The notes under the pieces were generated by a model. The model was not told the origin of the DNA, ran no database searches, and worked only from the letters and a program-made list of their open reading frames with translations. From positions 1,260,001-1,292,000 of the forward strand of contig NZ_LT671858.1 in the NCBI RefSeq assembly GCF_900083515.1: DNA of 32,000 nucleotides, given 5' to 3'. Position 1 is the first letter of the stretch. Each line of letters starts with the position of its first letter. Shown one piece after another: positions 8,595-16,933 of this stretch. Position numbers and translations under genes: made by a program. The stretch comes from Cuniculiplasma divulgatum. Its GTDB lineage: Archaea > Thermoplasmatota > Thermoplasmata > Thermoplasmatales > Thermoplasmataceae.

Positions 8595-8839
8595 CTAAAA
8601 TCCTCCCACTGATGACTCCTATCTCCTTTCTTAAATACTGGATAAAACAGTAAAAGACTTGTAAAGACTCCAGAAGCTATTCCTGCTCCATAGAAAGGAG
8701 AGGCATAAGTTGCCTCGATCTGCCCTTGCGTCGTAGCTTCGTAACCTGTCAGGAATATTGTTAACAGGATACTACTCACAATTCCAACAATTATAGAAAT
8801 AATGAGGAAAATAGTTACAACATTTGCCCCTTTGCTCAT
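8591..8839 (-). CDS. Small two-TM membrane protein (82 aa), probable accessory oxidase subunit
   Basis: ATG start, two hydrophobic helices, and an ATGA overlap with the subunit II gene. It is the first gene of the operon. There is no recognisable motif, so assignment as a subunit rests on context only. Confidence 0.5.
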   Translation of the reverse strand: MSKGANVVTIFLIISIIVGIVSSILLTIFLTGYEATTQGQIEATYASPFYGAGIASGVFTSLLLFYPVFKKGDRSHQWEDFR

Positions 8840-8882
8840 AAGTCACCAATTATTAATTTTTATTAATAGTTTATGTTTCGCT

Positions 8883-9323
8883 TCAGAATTTTTCAACCAG
8901 TTTTATTTTAAGAAAAAGCTCTATTTTTCTTGCTGTTTTTATATCTGGTTTAAGACTCCCTCTTTCAATTGCAGCAATAGATGTCCTTTTTTCCTTTATT
9001 TTGGCGGCAAATTCATCCTGTGTCATACCAGTTTTTTCCCTTGTTTCTCTTATCAGGACAGCGAAGTCTGGAACTATTTCAAGTTCATCAATATCAGCCT
9101 CTTTAGTGGTCTTTTTCCTTGGTTTTTGCTGTGGAATGAAAACAGGTTTGGCACTTATATTTGATTGGCTGTGGGTGGAAACGCTTTTGATAACTGGTTT
9201 ATTTCTGTAATTCTCAAGTGGAGTTCCGAATTTCTCACAGTCACTGCATACAGCCATCACCGCGCCATCAATTTTTACTTTCTTAAGGTGATCAGTCTTT
9301 TTACCACATAATTCACATTCCAT
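8883..9323 (-). CDS. mbf1: Archaeal multiprotein-bridging factor 1 (N-terminal zinc ribbon plus C-terminal XRE-type HTH)
   Basis: MECELCGKK ... CSDCEKFG zinc ribbon. The C-terminal region IRETREKTGMTQDEFAAKIKEKRTSIAAIERG is a typical Cro/C1 HTH. The length (146 aa) and architecture match aMBF1. Confidence 0.8.
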   Translation of the reverse strand: MECELCGKKTDHLKKVKIDGAVMAVCSDCEKFGTPLENYRNKPVIKSVSTHSQSNISAKPVFIPQQKPRKKTTKEADIDELEIVPDFAVLIRETREKTGMTQDEFAAKIKEKRTSIAAIERGSLKPDIKTARKIELFLKIKLVEKF

Positions 9324-9408
9324 CTCTATTCACTACCTCAATTTGTCATTTTCATTATGTTTATTTACTTTTTTCCTTTTCTGGCATGTTTTATAGGACC
9401 GCACTACT

Positions 9409-10023
9409 TCAAATAAATCCATGACCCAGAGAGACAAGAAAGGTAACTGAGAAAGCAAGCTCAATTATGTATATGTAAAAGTTCCATTTTAGGATACTGT
9501 ATCCCGGTAGTGGGGGAACTGGCAATGAAGAAAAGACCGCAACCATTAAGCTTGAACCACTAATTATAATAAATATTTCACTCAGAGTACCAGAGCTAAT
9601 GAATGAGAAGGCTGATAGAAGGGCTCCAAGGACAATATTCATAAGGGGAGAACTAAGAGCTATTTTTCCCTCAATTTCGTTGTTGACTGAACCTATGATC
9701 CTGGTGCACCCTGGGAGTGATATAATAAAACCAAATATGGAAGTAACTAGGGCAAATATAATGCCTGAGGTAAACAGAGTAAAATTTACCCTATATCCAT
9801 ACCTTTCAGAAAAAAAACTCATGCTGCCATAGCTTAGTCCTATTGCAATTAATGAGGAAAGGAATCCAACAGGAAGCAGCAGAAACAGGAATTTTTCTGG
9901 GGAGTAACCTGATATTATACGTCTATAGGCAATGCTGAGAGCTAAACCAAGTACAATGAATGAAATCAAGAAATCTTCTTTCGCGGAATGATGCTGCCTG
10001 ATGTTGAAATTCAGGATGTCCAT
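9409..10023 (-). CDS. Membrane protein resembling a catalytically inactive site-2 protease (peptidase M50-like fold, 204 aa)
   Basis: About 6 TM helices. AVFSSLPVPPLPGYSILKW (nt 9481..9540) resembles the M50 motif FNLLPIPPLDG..IL, but with Pro in place of the zinc-ligand Asp. At the position expected for HExxH it reads LGLALSIAYRRIISGY (LALSI at 9931..9945). Its start overlaps the stop of the upstream 1213-aa gene (TAATG). Confidence 0.5.
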   Translation of the reverse strand: MDILNFNIRQHHSAKEDFLISFIVLGLALSIAYRRIISGYSPEKFLFLLLPVGFLSSLIAIGLSYGSMSFFSERYGYRVNFTLFTSGIIFALVTSIFGFIISLPGCTRIIGSVNNEIEGKIALSSPLMNIVLGALLSAFSFISSGTLSEIFIIISGSSLMVAVFSSLPVPPLPGYSILKWNFYIYIIELAFSVTFLVSLGHGFI

Positions 10024-13000
10024 TAAGCAAACCCACCATCAAGACTCTGCACCGCTGCCTTGAGTTTCAATGCCCCCCTTATTCCAAGATTGAATTTTAC
10101 GCTATATACAAATGGATTGGAATAGGGCATAGAAGCAGCCTGCTGTAATAATTTTATTGTAAGTGGGTCCTTTGGAACCTGACGAACCTTGAAGTGATAA
10201 TACGAGTCATCAACGTAATCCTTGATCATCTTAACCAGTTCTATATCTTTTGAACCATTACCAAGAAAGAAAATTGGTAATGTTAATTCTTCAACTGTAG
10301 TTATTCCGGTCTTTTTGTAAATGTTCTTCATTATTCTACATGATTCCTGCTCGAGATATTCCATATCAATACCCTCAAAATTCGAGGGTGCATTCAGAAA
10401 TTCATATATTTCATCAATCATGTTCACCTTTATCTTTGTATACATAACTGCTTCCCTTTTGTCTAGAAACTTATTATGCTTTATACAGGCCTTCATCAAT
10501 CTTTCAGAAAGAATAATTATTTCTGCCCTGTTTTCTGTGTTCTTCAAAATGTTCATTAGATCGGTGAACTTTTCCTGGGTAATCGTTTTCTGATGCTCTC
10601 GCGATAGTAGATTTTCAGCTATATCAAAATTTTTTGTATTGATTAGAGTGAGTGCCACTGTTTCCGTTGAGTCTGCGTTTAATAGATCAGGGAACATTTC
10701 ATAGAGCTTTAATACGTCTTTGTAAAGACCATTGTTAAAATTTATTCTTTCCATTCTAGCAAGAACTTCAATTTTATCTGTTCTTTGAGTGTTCAATTTC
10801 AGGTACTGGAAACAATCAGTATTTGCCTCCTCAAATTTACCGGCCTCCGCTAGCTTTTCCATTAGAACCGTTATTATCCTTACATCTGCAGGGTTATTCC
10901 TGAAAAGCATGCGCAGTATTTCCAGACTATCGTTGCTTTTCTGTTCAGATATCATTCTCGAGGATATATCAAGTCCAAGACTTGTATTGCTTGTCTTCTT
11001 GAGAAGAGAGATCAATTGATTTTTAATTATCCTGTTTTCCCAGTATTTATCAACTATATTCTCCAGAACAGCCTCCATTGGTTCATCGATTTTTCCAATA
11101 CCCTTAATGGTGTTTGCAAGTTTTTCGACGTTTCCAGATGCCTCATATAGTTTTAGAGTGAATGCTGACTTATTTTTTAGTTTTTCAATAAAAATTTCGG
11201 CTTCCTTGAATTTACCCTGTTCTAATAATGATTCTACAAGTCCACCAGTAGTTTCCTCCCTAAATTCTTCCTGAAGGCTCTTTCTAAAGAAATGTTCTGC
11301 TGACACAGGGTCCTTATTTACGAGGTAATAATCTCCAAGCATCGAATTTATTCCTGCAGGTAATTTTAGAGCTGCATACTCGTTTATAACACTATCCAGT
11401 TCTTCCTTGCTTCCGAAATCTTTCAAATCGATGATATAATTGATTTTATCCTGTTCCTCGCTCGTTCTCATTTTGCAGATTTTACTATCGAGGTTGATTA
11501 TATCCAGCGTGTTATTCTCCCTCTTTCTGAACTTTCTGAGCACCCTCAATGCCTGCAGATTTTCAGTTCCAGAGAACTCTAGTAGATCGATAAAATTTAG
11601 TAATTTTGTCTCATCTATCTTTGATAATCTGTCGTATATTGATGCCCATGGAACGTGAAGTCCACCTCCACTGTTGACTATTTCTTCAGTTTCTCTTATG
11701 ACACTCTCAGCATCCATATCTTCAAGCCTCACCTGTAACAATAAAGCCCGGAAAGGGCTGGCCGAAAGTTGATTGTATGCAGATTCAAGTTTGCCTATCT
11801 TTCCCTTGGTCAGTTTTGCGTTATCCTCAGCCAGCATTGAATAAAAAGTAGTATATGGATCCTGATCCTTTATGACATTGAGAAGTATCGAGGATGCCTT
11901 ATCATATTTCTTTTCCATTAATAAAATATTGAGTCGTGGATAATTGTAAATATTAATATCCTGATCAGGATTTATTCCATGTTGAGAAAGTATAAGATTT
12001 ATTTTTGATTCAGCTTCTTCATACCTTATTGTGTCAAGATGCTTCCATAGTTCATTTAACCAAATAATATTGTTAAGAACTTCTCCTTCTATGAACCCCT
12101 GAATTGCAGCAACATCCTTCTCTTTAATTGTGTTACCGTAGACATAATCTCTTATAATTTCTAGATAAGACCTCATCTGAGAAGATAATCTGCCACTAAT
12201 TGCGGAATAGCTTGACCATCTTTCGTTAGTTCTCATTGAGCCCAGTAAAGCACTATGAATTTTGTCGTTTACGTACTGAAAATCTATTAGAGATAGCGAA
12301 TCAATGGCTTCGCTTATTCTTCCAGTTTCAATATTTGAGAGTAATATAAATAACAGTATTTCCTGATTGTTTCTGTCTATGTTTTGTATATTGCTTATTT
12401 CCAGTATTTTATTCCACAATTTTTTGTTTTCAAGTTCCCTTAGTACTGTTACGATAAATGCAGAATCTTCAGGCGATTCTTTTATATATTTTATACATTT
12501 TTGGAAATATTCATTATCCTTACCTTCCTGTTTCGATATCTCTGCATCAAGCTTAAGCCCCAACCTGGAGTTTAAGGTTTCTCCTGTTGCCCTTGTAAGT
12601 ATGTTTTTTGCCTTTTTGGAGTTACCTTCAAAGAGGTACAGCTGGGCTATGTAAAGTATGGATTTTTGTGAAAAATCCTGATTTGAGCCAAGAGATTCAA
12701 TATAATCCAGTGCCTCTCTGTAATTTTTCATTTTCACACATGCTTCTACGAACGATTCTTCCAGCTGTTTTGTTGATCTTAAAAGGCTTTTTCTCTTTGC
12801 CAGGAATGAAACTATTAACTCCCATTCGCCTAACTTTCTCATTGCTTCAACATATAACTCTATGGCTTCCTGATTATTCTGAGATACTGAGATTACCCTT
12901 TGTAGTATTTCCATGGCCTTTTGGTATTCACCAACTTTAATGAAAAGAGAAGAAAGCCGGATAAGAGAACCTTCTTCTTTGAAATTATCTATATCTACCG

Positions 13001-13664
13001 TTTTCAGCAGTGAAACCAGAGAGGGTGTTTCCAGATTTAAATCGAGAGCTTCTAGATAATCGAGTATATATTCAGTATTTGTAGGATCTGCGATGGTAAT
13101 AAGTTTTAGAAATTTCAAAAGTTCTCTCTTTCCATGACTCGTCCTGTAATTTTTTGTGATTTCCTTATTTATAACATATGAATTATTATCTATGTACTTT
13201 CTGAAAAGATTTTCGTCAAAAATACCATTAGCAGAAAGTAGAAGTGCAGCGTAATCCCAAAGGTTTGTAAGAGATGCTAACTCATTTACATTATCTATAA
13301 TATCCTGAGAATTAAATAATTTTATATTTGATTTTAGATATTCCTTAGCTAGATCTGTGTTCTTCTCATTTACCAGCGCTTTGGTGTAAAAGGATTGGAT
13401 AATTTCGCTATCCTTGTTTGCAAGATAAAAATATTTGTATATCTTAGATTCCCAAACATGCATATTTACCCAAAGTTCCCTAACGACAGTGTCAATTTTT
13501 GCCTTAATCTCAGCGTCATTTTGAATAAGAAGTATATAATCAGGAACCTGCAGGACCTTTGTCAGTTTAGTCAATTGTTCCTGTCTTTCGGCTACATCTT
13601 TCGAGTCCAGAAATCTGTCAATTATCTTGTTTAGATTTCTTTTCGAATCATCGCTTTCCAACAT
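10023..13664 (-). CDS. Giant all-alpha TPR-like repeat protein (1213 aa)
   Basis: Uninterrupted ORF with an ATG start. TPR-like helical hairpins recur (VGEYQKAMEILQRVI, MKNYREALDYIESL, EGNSKKAKNILTRA, EKKYDKASSILLNVI, EQGKFKEAEIFIEKL, EAGKFEEANTDCFQYL). I see no TM segment, Walker A motif or enzymatic motif. Confidence 0.7.
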   Translation of the reverse strand: MLESDDSKRNLNKIIDRFLDSKDVAERQEQLTKLTKVLQVPDYILLIQNDAEIKAKIDTVVRELWVNMHVWESKIYKYFYLANKDSEIIQSFYTKALVNEKNTDLAKEYLKSNIKLFNSQDIIDNVNELASLTNLWDYAALLLSANGIFDENLFRKYIDNNSYVINKEITKNYRTSHGKRELLKFLKLITIADPTNTEYILDYLEALDLNLETPSLVSLLKTVDIDNFKEEGSLIRLSSLFIKVGEYQKAMEILQRVISVSQNNQEAIELYVEAMRKLGEWELIVSFLAKRKSLLRSTKQLEESFVEACVKMKNYREALDYIESLGSNQDFSQKSILYIAQLYLFEGNSKKAKNILTRATGETLNSRLGLKLDAEISKQEGKDNEYFQKCIKYIKESPEDSAFIVTVLRELENKKLWNKILEISNIQNIDRNNQEILLFILLSNIETGRISEAIDSLSLIDFQYVNDKIHSALLGSMRTNERWSSYSAISGRLSSQMRSYLEIIRDYVYGNTIKEKDVAAIQGFIEGEVLNNIIWLNELWKHLDTIRYEEAESKINLILSQHGINPDQDINIYNYPRLNILLMEKKYDKASSILLNVIKDQDPYTTFYSMLAEDNAKLTKGKIGKLESAYNQLSASPFRALLLQVRLEDMDAESVIRETEEIVNSGGGLHVPWASIYDRLSKIDETKLLNFIDLLEFSGTENLQALRVLRKFRKRENNTLDIINLDSKICKMRTSEEQDKINYIIDLKDFGSKEELDSVINEYAALKLPAGINSMLGDYYLVNKDPVSAEHFFRKSLQEEFREETTGGLVESLLEQGKFKEAEIFIEKLKNKSAFTLKLYEASGNVEKLANTIKGIGKIDEPMEAVLENIVDKYWENRIIKNQLISLLKKTSNTSLGLDISSRMISEQKSNDSLEILRMLFRNNPADVRIITVLMEKLAEAGKFEEANTDCFQYLKLNTQRTDKIEVLARMERINFNNGLYKDVLKLYEMFPDLLNADSTETVALTLINTKNFDIAENLLSREHQKTITQEKFTDLMNILKNTENRAEIIILSERLMKACIKHNKFLDKREAVMYTKIKVNMIDEIYEFLNAPSNFEGIDMEYLEQESCRIMKNIYKKTGITTVEELTLPIFFLGNGSKDIELVKMIKDYVDDSYYHFKVRQVPKDPLTIKLLQQAASMPYSNPFVYSVKFNLGIRGALKLKAAVQSLDGGFA

Positions 13665-13830
13665 ACTCTGTCTATTATACCATATCCATATAATAATTTA
13701 ATGAGTTTGTTATCTTCTCATCGATGTAGATGTTATATTTTTATTCATTTTTCTTTCTGGTCATACATTTTTGAATTTTTTCATTAAATTTAGATTTTTC
13801 TTTTGTAATGTGTAGTGATTTATGGACGCA

Positions 13831-14310
13831 TTAAAGATAAGTGTCTTTCAGTTGCACATAGTCCTCTGCGTTTGTATGGGCCATTTTTCTATATTCGTTA
13901 GAATTAGACCTTATTTTTCCTGGAATTCCTGCAACCATACTATTTTCAGGGATTTTTGTGTTTTCAAGTATTACTGCCCCCGCTGCAATAACTGTACCAT
14001 CCCCAATCACACTTCCATTCATTATTATCGCGCCCATTCCTATAAGACAATTATTCCCAATTGTGCATCCATGCACTACAGCGTTATGTCCTATTGAAAC
14101 ATATTGACCAATATTTACATCGTATCCTGGATCGCAGTGTATTGTGACACTATCCTGAACGTTTGAGAAATCTCCGATCGTTATGGAACCCAAATCTCCC
14201 CTTATTGATGCAAAATCAAAAACAGAACAGTTATTTCCTATTCTCACTCTTCCCCTAATTGAACACATATTTGAAATGAATGTGTTTTTACCTATTGTTA
14301 CATCGTTCAT
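13831..14310 (-). CDS. Gamma-class carbonic anhydrase-like / left-handed beta-helix (hexapeptide repeat) protein
   Basis: Repeated [LIV]-G-x4 hexapeptides throughout. His pattern VTIHCD ... IGHNAVVHGCTIG matches the Cam/YrdA/PaaY metal ligands. The length of 159 aa fits. Confidence 0.85.
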   Translation of the reverse strand: MNDVTIGKNTFISNMCSIRGRVRIGNNCSVFDFASIRGDLGSITIGDFSNVQDSVTIHCDPGYDVNIGQYVSIGHNAVVHGCTIGNNCLIGMGAIIMNGSVIGDGTVIAAGAVILENTKIPENSMVAGIPGKIRSNSNEYRKMAHTNAEDYVQLKDTYL

Positions 14311-14415
14311 ATTAATAGAATAGATCGAAATATAACTTATTTCCTATGATTTATTTAGAGAACTTGATGTAAGATTAATAAATAAGTAAACGATTAGGAG
14401 GAAAAGTGAAATCAT

Positions 14416-14856
14416 ATGGCGAGAATGCATACAAGAAAGAAGGGAAAATCCGGTTCAAAAAATTCTTTTTACGGTGCAAACCACAATTGGGTGCAGCAAA
14501 GTCCAAAGGAATTAGAAGAGATTATAATACAGCTAAGAAAAGATGGTCTAACAGCTTCTCAGATAGGGATTAAGTTACGAGATTCATATGGAATACCAAG
14601 AGTAAAGGCAGTGATGCATTCCAAAATGGGCGATATACTTGGAAAAAATAATTTAAAGAGCGATGTGCCCGAAGATTTAATGAGTTTGATTAATACATAT
14701 AAAAGAGTTTCTGCCCATATGTTGCTAAATAAACGTGACCTAAACAATGGAAGGAAAAGGGCACTGATCATGTCAAAAATGTTGAGACTTGTTAGATATT
14801 ATAAGGAGAATGGCTATCTAAAACAGGAATGGGAACTTAACAAGGTTCTTCAATAA
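14416..14856 (+). CDS. rps15: 30S ribosomal protein uS15 (archaeal S15/S13e type)
   Basis: The N-terminus MARMHTRKKGKSGS is characteristic of archaeal/eukaryotic S15/S13e. Length is 146 aa. AGGAGG lies at 14396..14401 upstream. Confidence 0.9.
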   Translation: MARMHTRKKGKSGSKNSFYGANHNWVQQSPKELEEIIIQLRKDGLTASQIGIKLRDSYGIPRVKAVMHSKMGDILGKNNLKSDVPEDLMSLINTYKRVSAHMLLNKRDLNNGRKRALIMSKMLRLVRYYKENGYLKQEWELNKVLQ

Positions 14857-14858
14857 GC

Positions 14859-16205
14859 ATGATCACTGATTTAATTGGCAAGGAATTTTCGGAATCCCTG
14901 GAAAAGGGAAAAAGTTTTTTTTTAAAATACGACTATGTAAGGGTTCTTGCCCACTACGATGGGGATGGGACAAGTGCCAGTATAATATTAACAAAGTTGC
15001 TGTTAAGAAATAGTAAGAAATTTCATCTTGGTTTTATCAAGGATTTATCCTCTGAAGGTTTTTCTAAAAGAATAATGGAGGAACCAAATTTGCCAACCAT
15101 AGTGGTTGATGCAGGATCCGATCAGTTAAAATTTCTAAAGGGAGATACTGCCGAAATACTGGTTCTCGACCATCACTTTTACAGTGGAGGTTCTAAAAAA
15201 GAGCTAAATATAAATGCAAGAGATTTTGGAATTGATGGGACTAGAGAAGCATGCGGGGCCACAATGGCATTTGTTTTTGCTCTCTTTATAAGTGAGGAAA
15301 ATGCTGATCTTTTACCATTCATGGTATCAGGGGCTATAGCCGATAAACAGGACTTGGGGAGTTTTAGAGGACTTAATAAAACACTTATAGAGAAATATGG
15401 AAAAAATGTAGAGAAAAAACATGTGCTGAACCTGGACGGTGAATCTATACTTGATGCGCTTGTATATTCCGTTGACCCTTTTATAAAAAATATTTCAGGA
15501 TCACTTGAAGGCACAAGAAAAGTGCTTGAAAAATTATCCATAAATCCAGAGACAAAACCAGAGGATTTGACAAGAGAGGACACATTAAAACTTGGAAGTT
15601 ATCTCGGATACGTTCTTTCATTTCAGGGTGCCCATTCTGAAGCTATGTCTTATCTAGAGAAGGATGAAATGTATTTCAATAATGGTTTTTCAGCTTCATT
15701 ACTTGCAAAAATAATAGATGCAAACTCCAAAAATGGTGATAACAATATTCCAATTGAATTTTTTATGGGAAATAATTCGCTCAAAAACGAAATGATTTCA
15801 AACAAGAGAAAATATGAAACGAGGCTAATAGACTACATAACAAGATCATACAAATCCATTACAAAGGAAAAGAACTTACAGTTCTTTTATGCCCCGGGAT
15901 CTGAGATGGCTGGAGCCATATCCGGACAGCTTATGCTGTATCTTCTTGACCAGGATAAACCTGTAATAGGTTTTAACGTAGGTGATGACAGTACACTTAT
16001 TTCATCAAGAGGAAATAGAAGAATGGTTGAAAGGGGACTTAATCTATCTAAGGTAATGAAGGAATGTACAGAAAAGGTAGGTGGCTCTGGAGGAGGACAC
16101 GATATCGCCGCCGGTGGATCCATTCCAAGAGGGATGGAAAGACAGTTCATAGAAATAGCTGATGAAATGATAGGAAAACAGTTAAACCCTAACAAAAATG
16201 AATAA
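14859..16205 (+). CDS. RecJ-like DHH/DHHA1 phosphoesterase (archaeal RecJ/GAN/Cdc45 family nuclease)
   Basis: All DHH motifs are intact: HYDGDGTSA (DxD), VVDAGS, VLDHHF (DHH), and the DHHA1 motif GGSGGGHDIAAGG. The start lies 2 nt after the rps15 stop, so co-transcription is likely. Confidence 0.85.
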   Translation: MITDLIGKEFSESLEKGKSFFLKYDYVRVLAHYDGDGTSASIILTKLLLRNSKKFHLGFIKDLSSEGFSKRIMEEPNLPTIVVDAGSDQLKFLKGDTAEILVLDHHFYSGGSKKELNINARDFGIDGTREACGATMAFVFALFISEENADLLPFMVSGAIADKQDLGSFRGLNKTLIEKYGKNVEKKHVLNLDGESILDALVYSVDPFIKNISGSLEGTRKVLEKLSINPETKPEDLTREDTLKLGSYLGYVLSFQGAHSEAMSYLEKDEMYFNNGFSASLLAKIIDANSKNGDNNIPIEFFMGNNSLKNEMISNKRKYETRLIDYITRSYKSITKEKNLQFFYAPGSEMAGAISGQLMLYLLDQDKPVIGFNVGDDSTLISSRGNRRMVERGLNLSKVMKECTEKVGGSGGGHDIAAGGSIPRGMERQFIEIADEMIGKQLNPNKNE

Positions 16206-16285
16206 AATAAATTGCTATTGACCAAAAAGTAACTGTTATTAGGAATACAAAAACTTTTTAATGTTTCAATTGATTTGATTACTGA

Positions 16286-16933
16286 ATGGCAAGGTTGGGA
16301 ATTTACACCCTTGATTTCAGGTTCTATTATAGGGTGCTTCATCTTTTAAAAGAATGGAATGTGCCTTTTGTTTCCATAGAAAAACCTAATGATATACCTT
16401 CAGATGTGCCGGTTGTGCTGAGTTCTGTTGATGATATTGATATTCAATTTGAACAAATAAGAGATAACGATGCAATGAGAGCTATAAGACGCGCAATACC
16501 ATATCTACTGGATAAGAAATTATTTAATGAGATATTCATAGGAATTGATCCCGGGCCAAAGCCAGGTGTGGCTGTGCTGGCAGATAGAGTTTTAATCGAA
16601 GCTTTTGAACTTGGAGATGTTTTTTCTGTGGCTGAAAATATAGAAAATATAATAATGGGATATAACACCCACTTTATGTCCATAAGGATAGGAAATGGTG
16701 ATAAACCAAACAGAGAGAGGATTATCCAGGAACTGAAAAATGTAGATGTGCCAATTGATATTGTTGATGAAGGTGGTACGAGTATGCCTCATAAAACTCA
16801 TGATAACGTAATCTCTGCTGCAAGGATAGCGAATATAGAGAATTTTAACAAAGAAAAGGTTCAAAGAATAAAGAAAAGTAAAAGAAGAACACAAATAGAA
16901 AGAGAATTTGTAACAATTAAAGCTTTTTTATGA
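16286..16933 (+). CDS. Predicted RNase H-fold nuclease (YqgF/RuvX-RuvC-like core) with an ~85-aa N-terminal extra domain
   Basis: The motif order matches YqgF/RuvC-like resolvase-fold nucleases: IGIDPGPKPGVAVL (nt 16541.. for GIDPG), MSIRIGNGD, IVDEGGTS (compare DERLST) and HDNVISAARIA (compare DS.AA..IL). This is a by-eye alignment only. Confidence 0.5.
   Translation: MARLGIYTLDFRFYYRVLHLLKEWNVPFVSIEKPNDIPSDVPVVLSSVDDIDIQFEQIRDNDAMRAIRRAIPYLLDKKLFNEIFIGIDPGPKPGVAVLADRVLIEAFELGDVFSVAENIENIIMGYNTHFMSIRIGNGDKPNRERIIQELKNVDVPIDIVDEGGTSMPHKTHDNVISAARIANIENFNKEKVQRIKKSKRRTQIEREFVTIKAFL

Noticed and set aside
10023-13664. The 1213-aa TPR protein might be a STAND/NACHT-type NTPase (a defence or signalling ATPase with a TPR sensor).
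   Set aside because: There is no Walker A (GxxxxGK[ST]) or Walker B motif anywhere. The GK dipeptides present (EQGKFKEA, EAGKFEEA, TKGKIGKL) are TPR-helix contexts, not P-loops.
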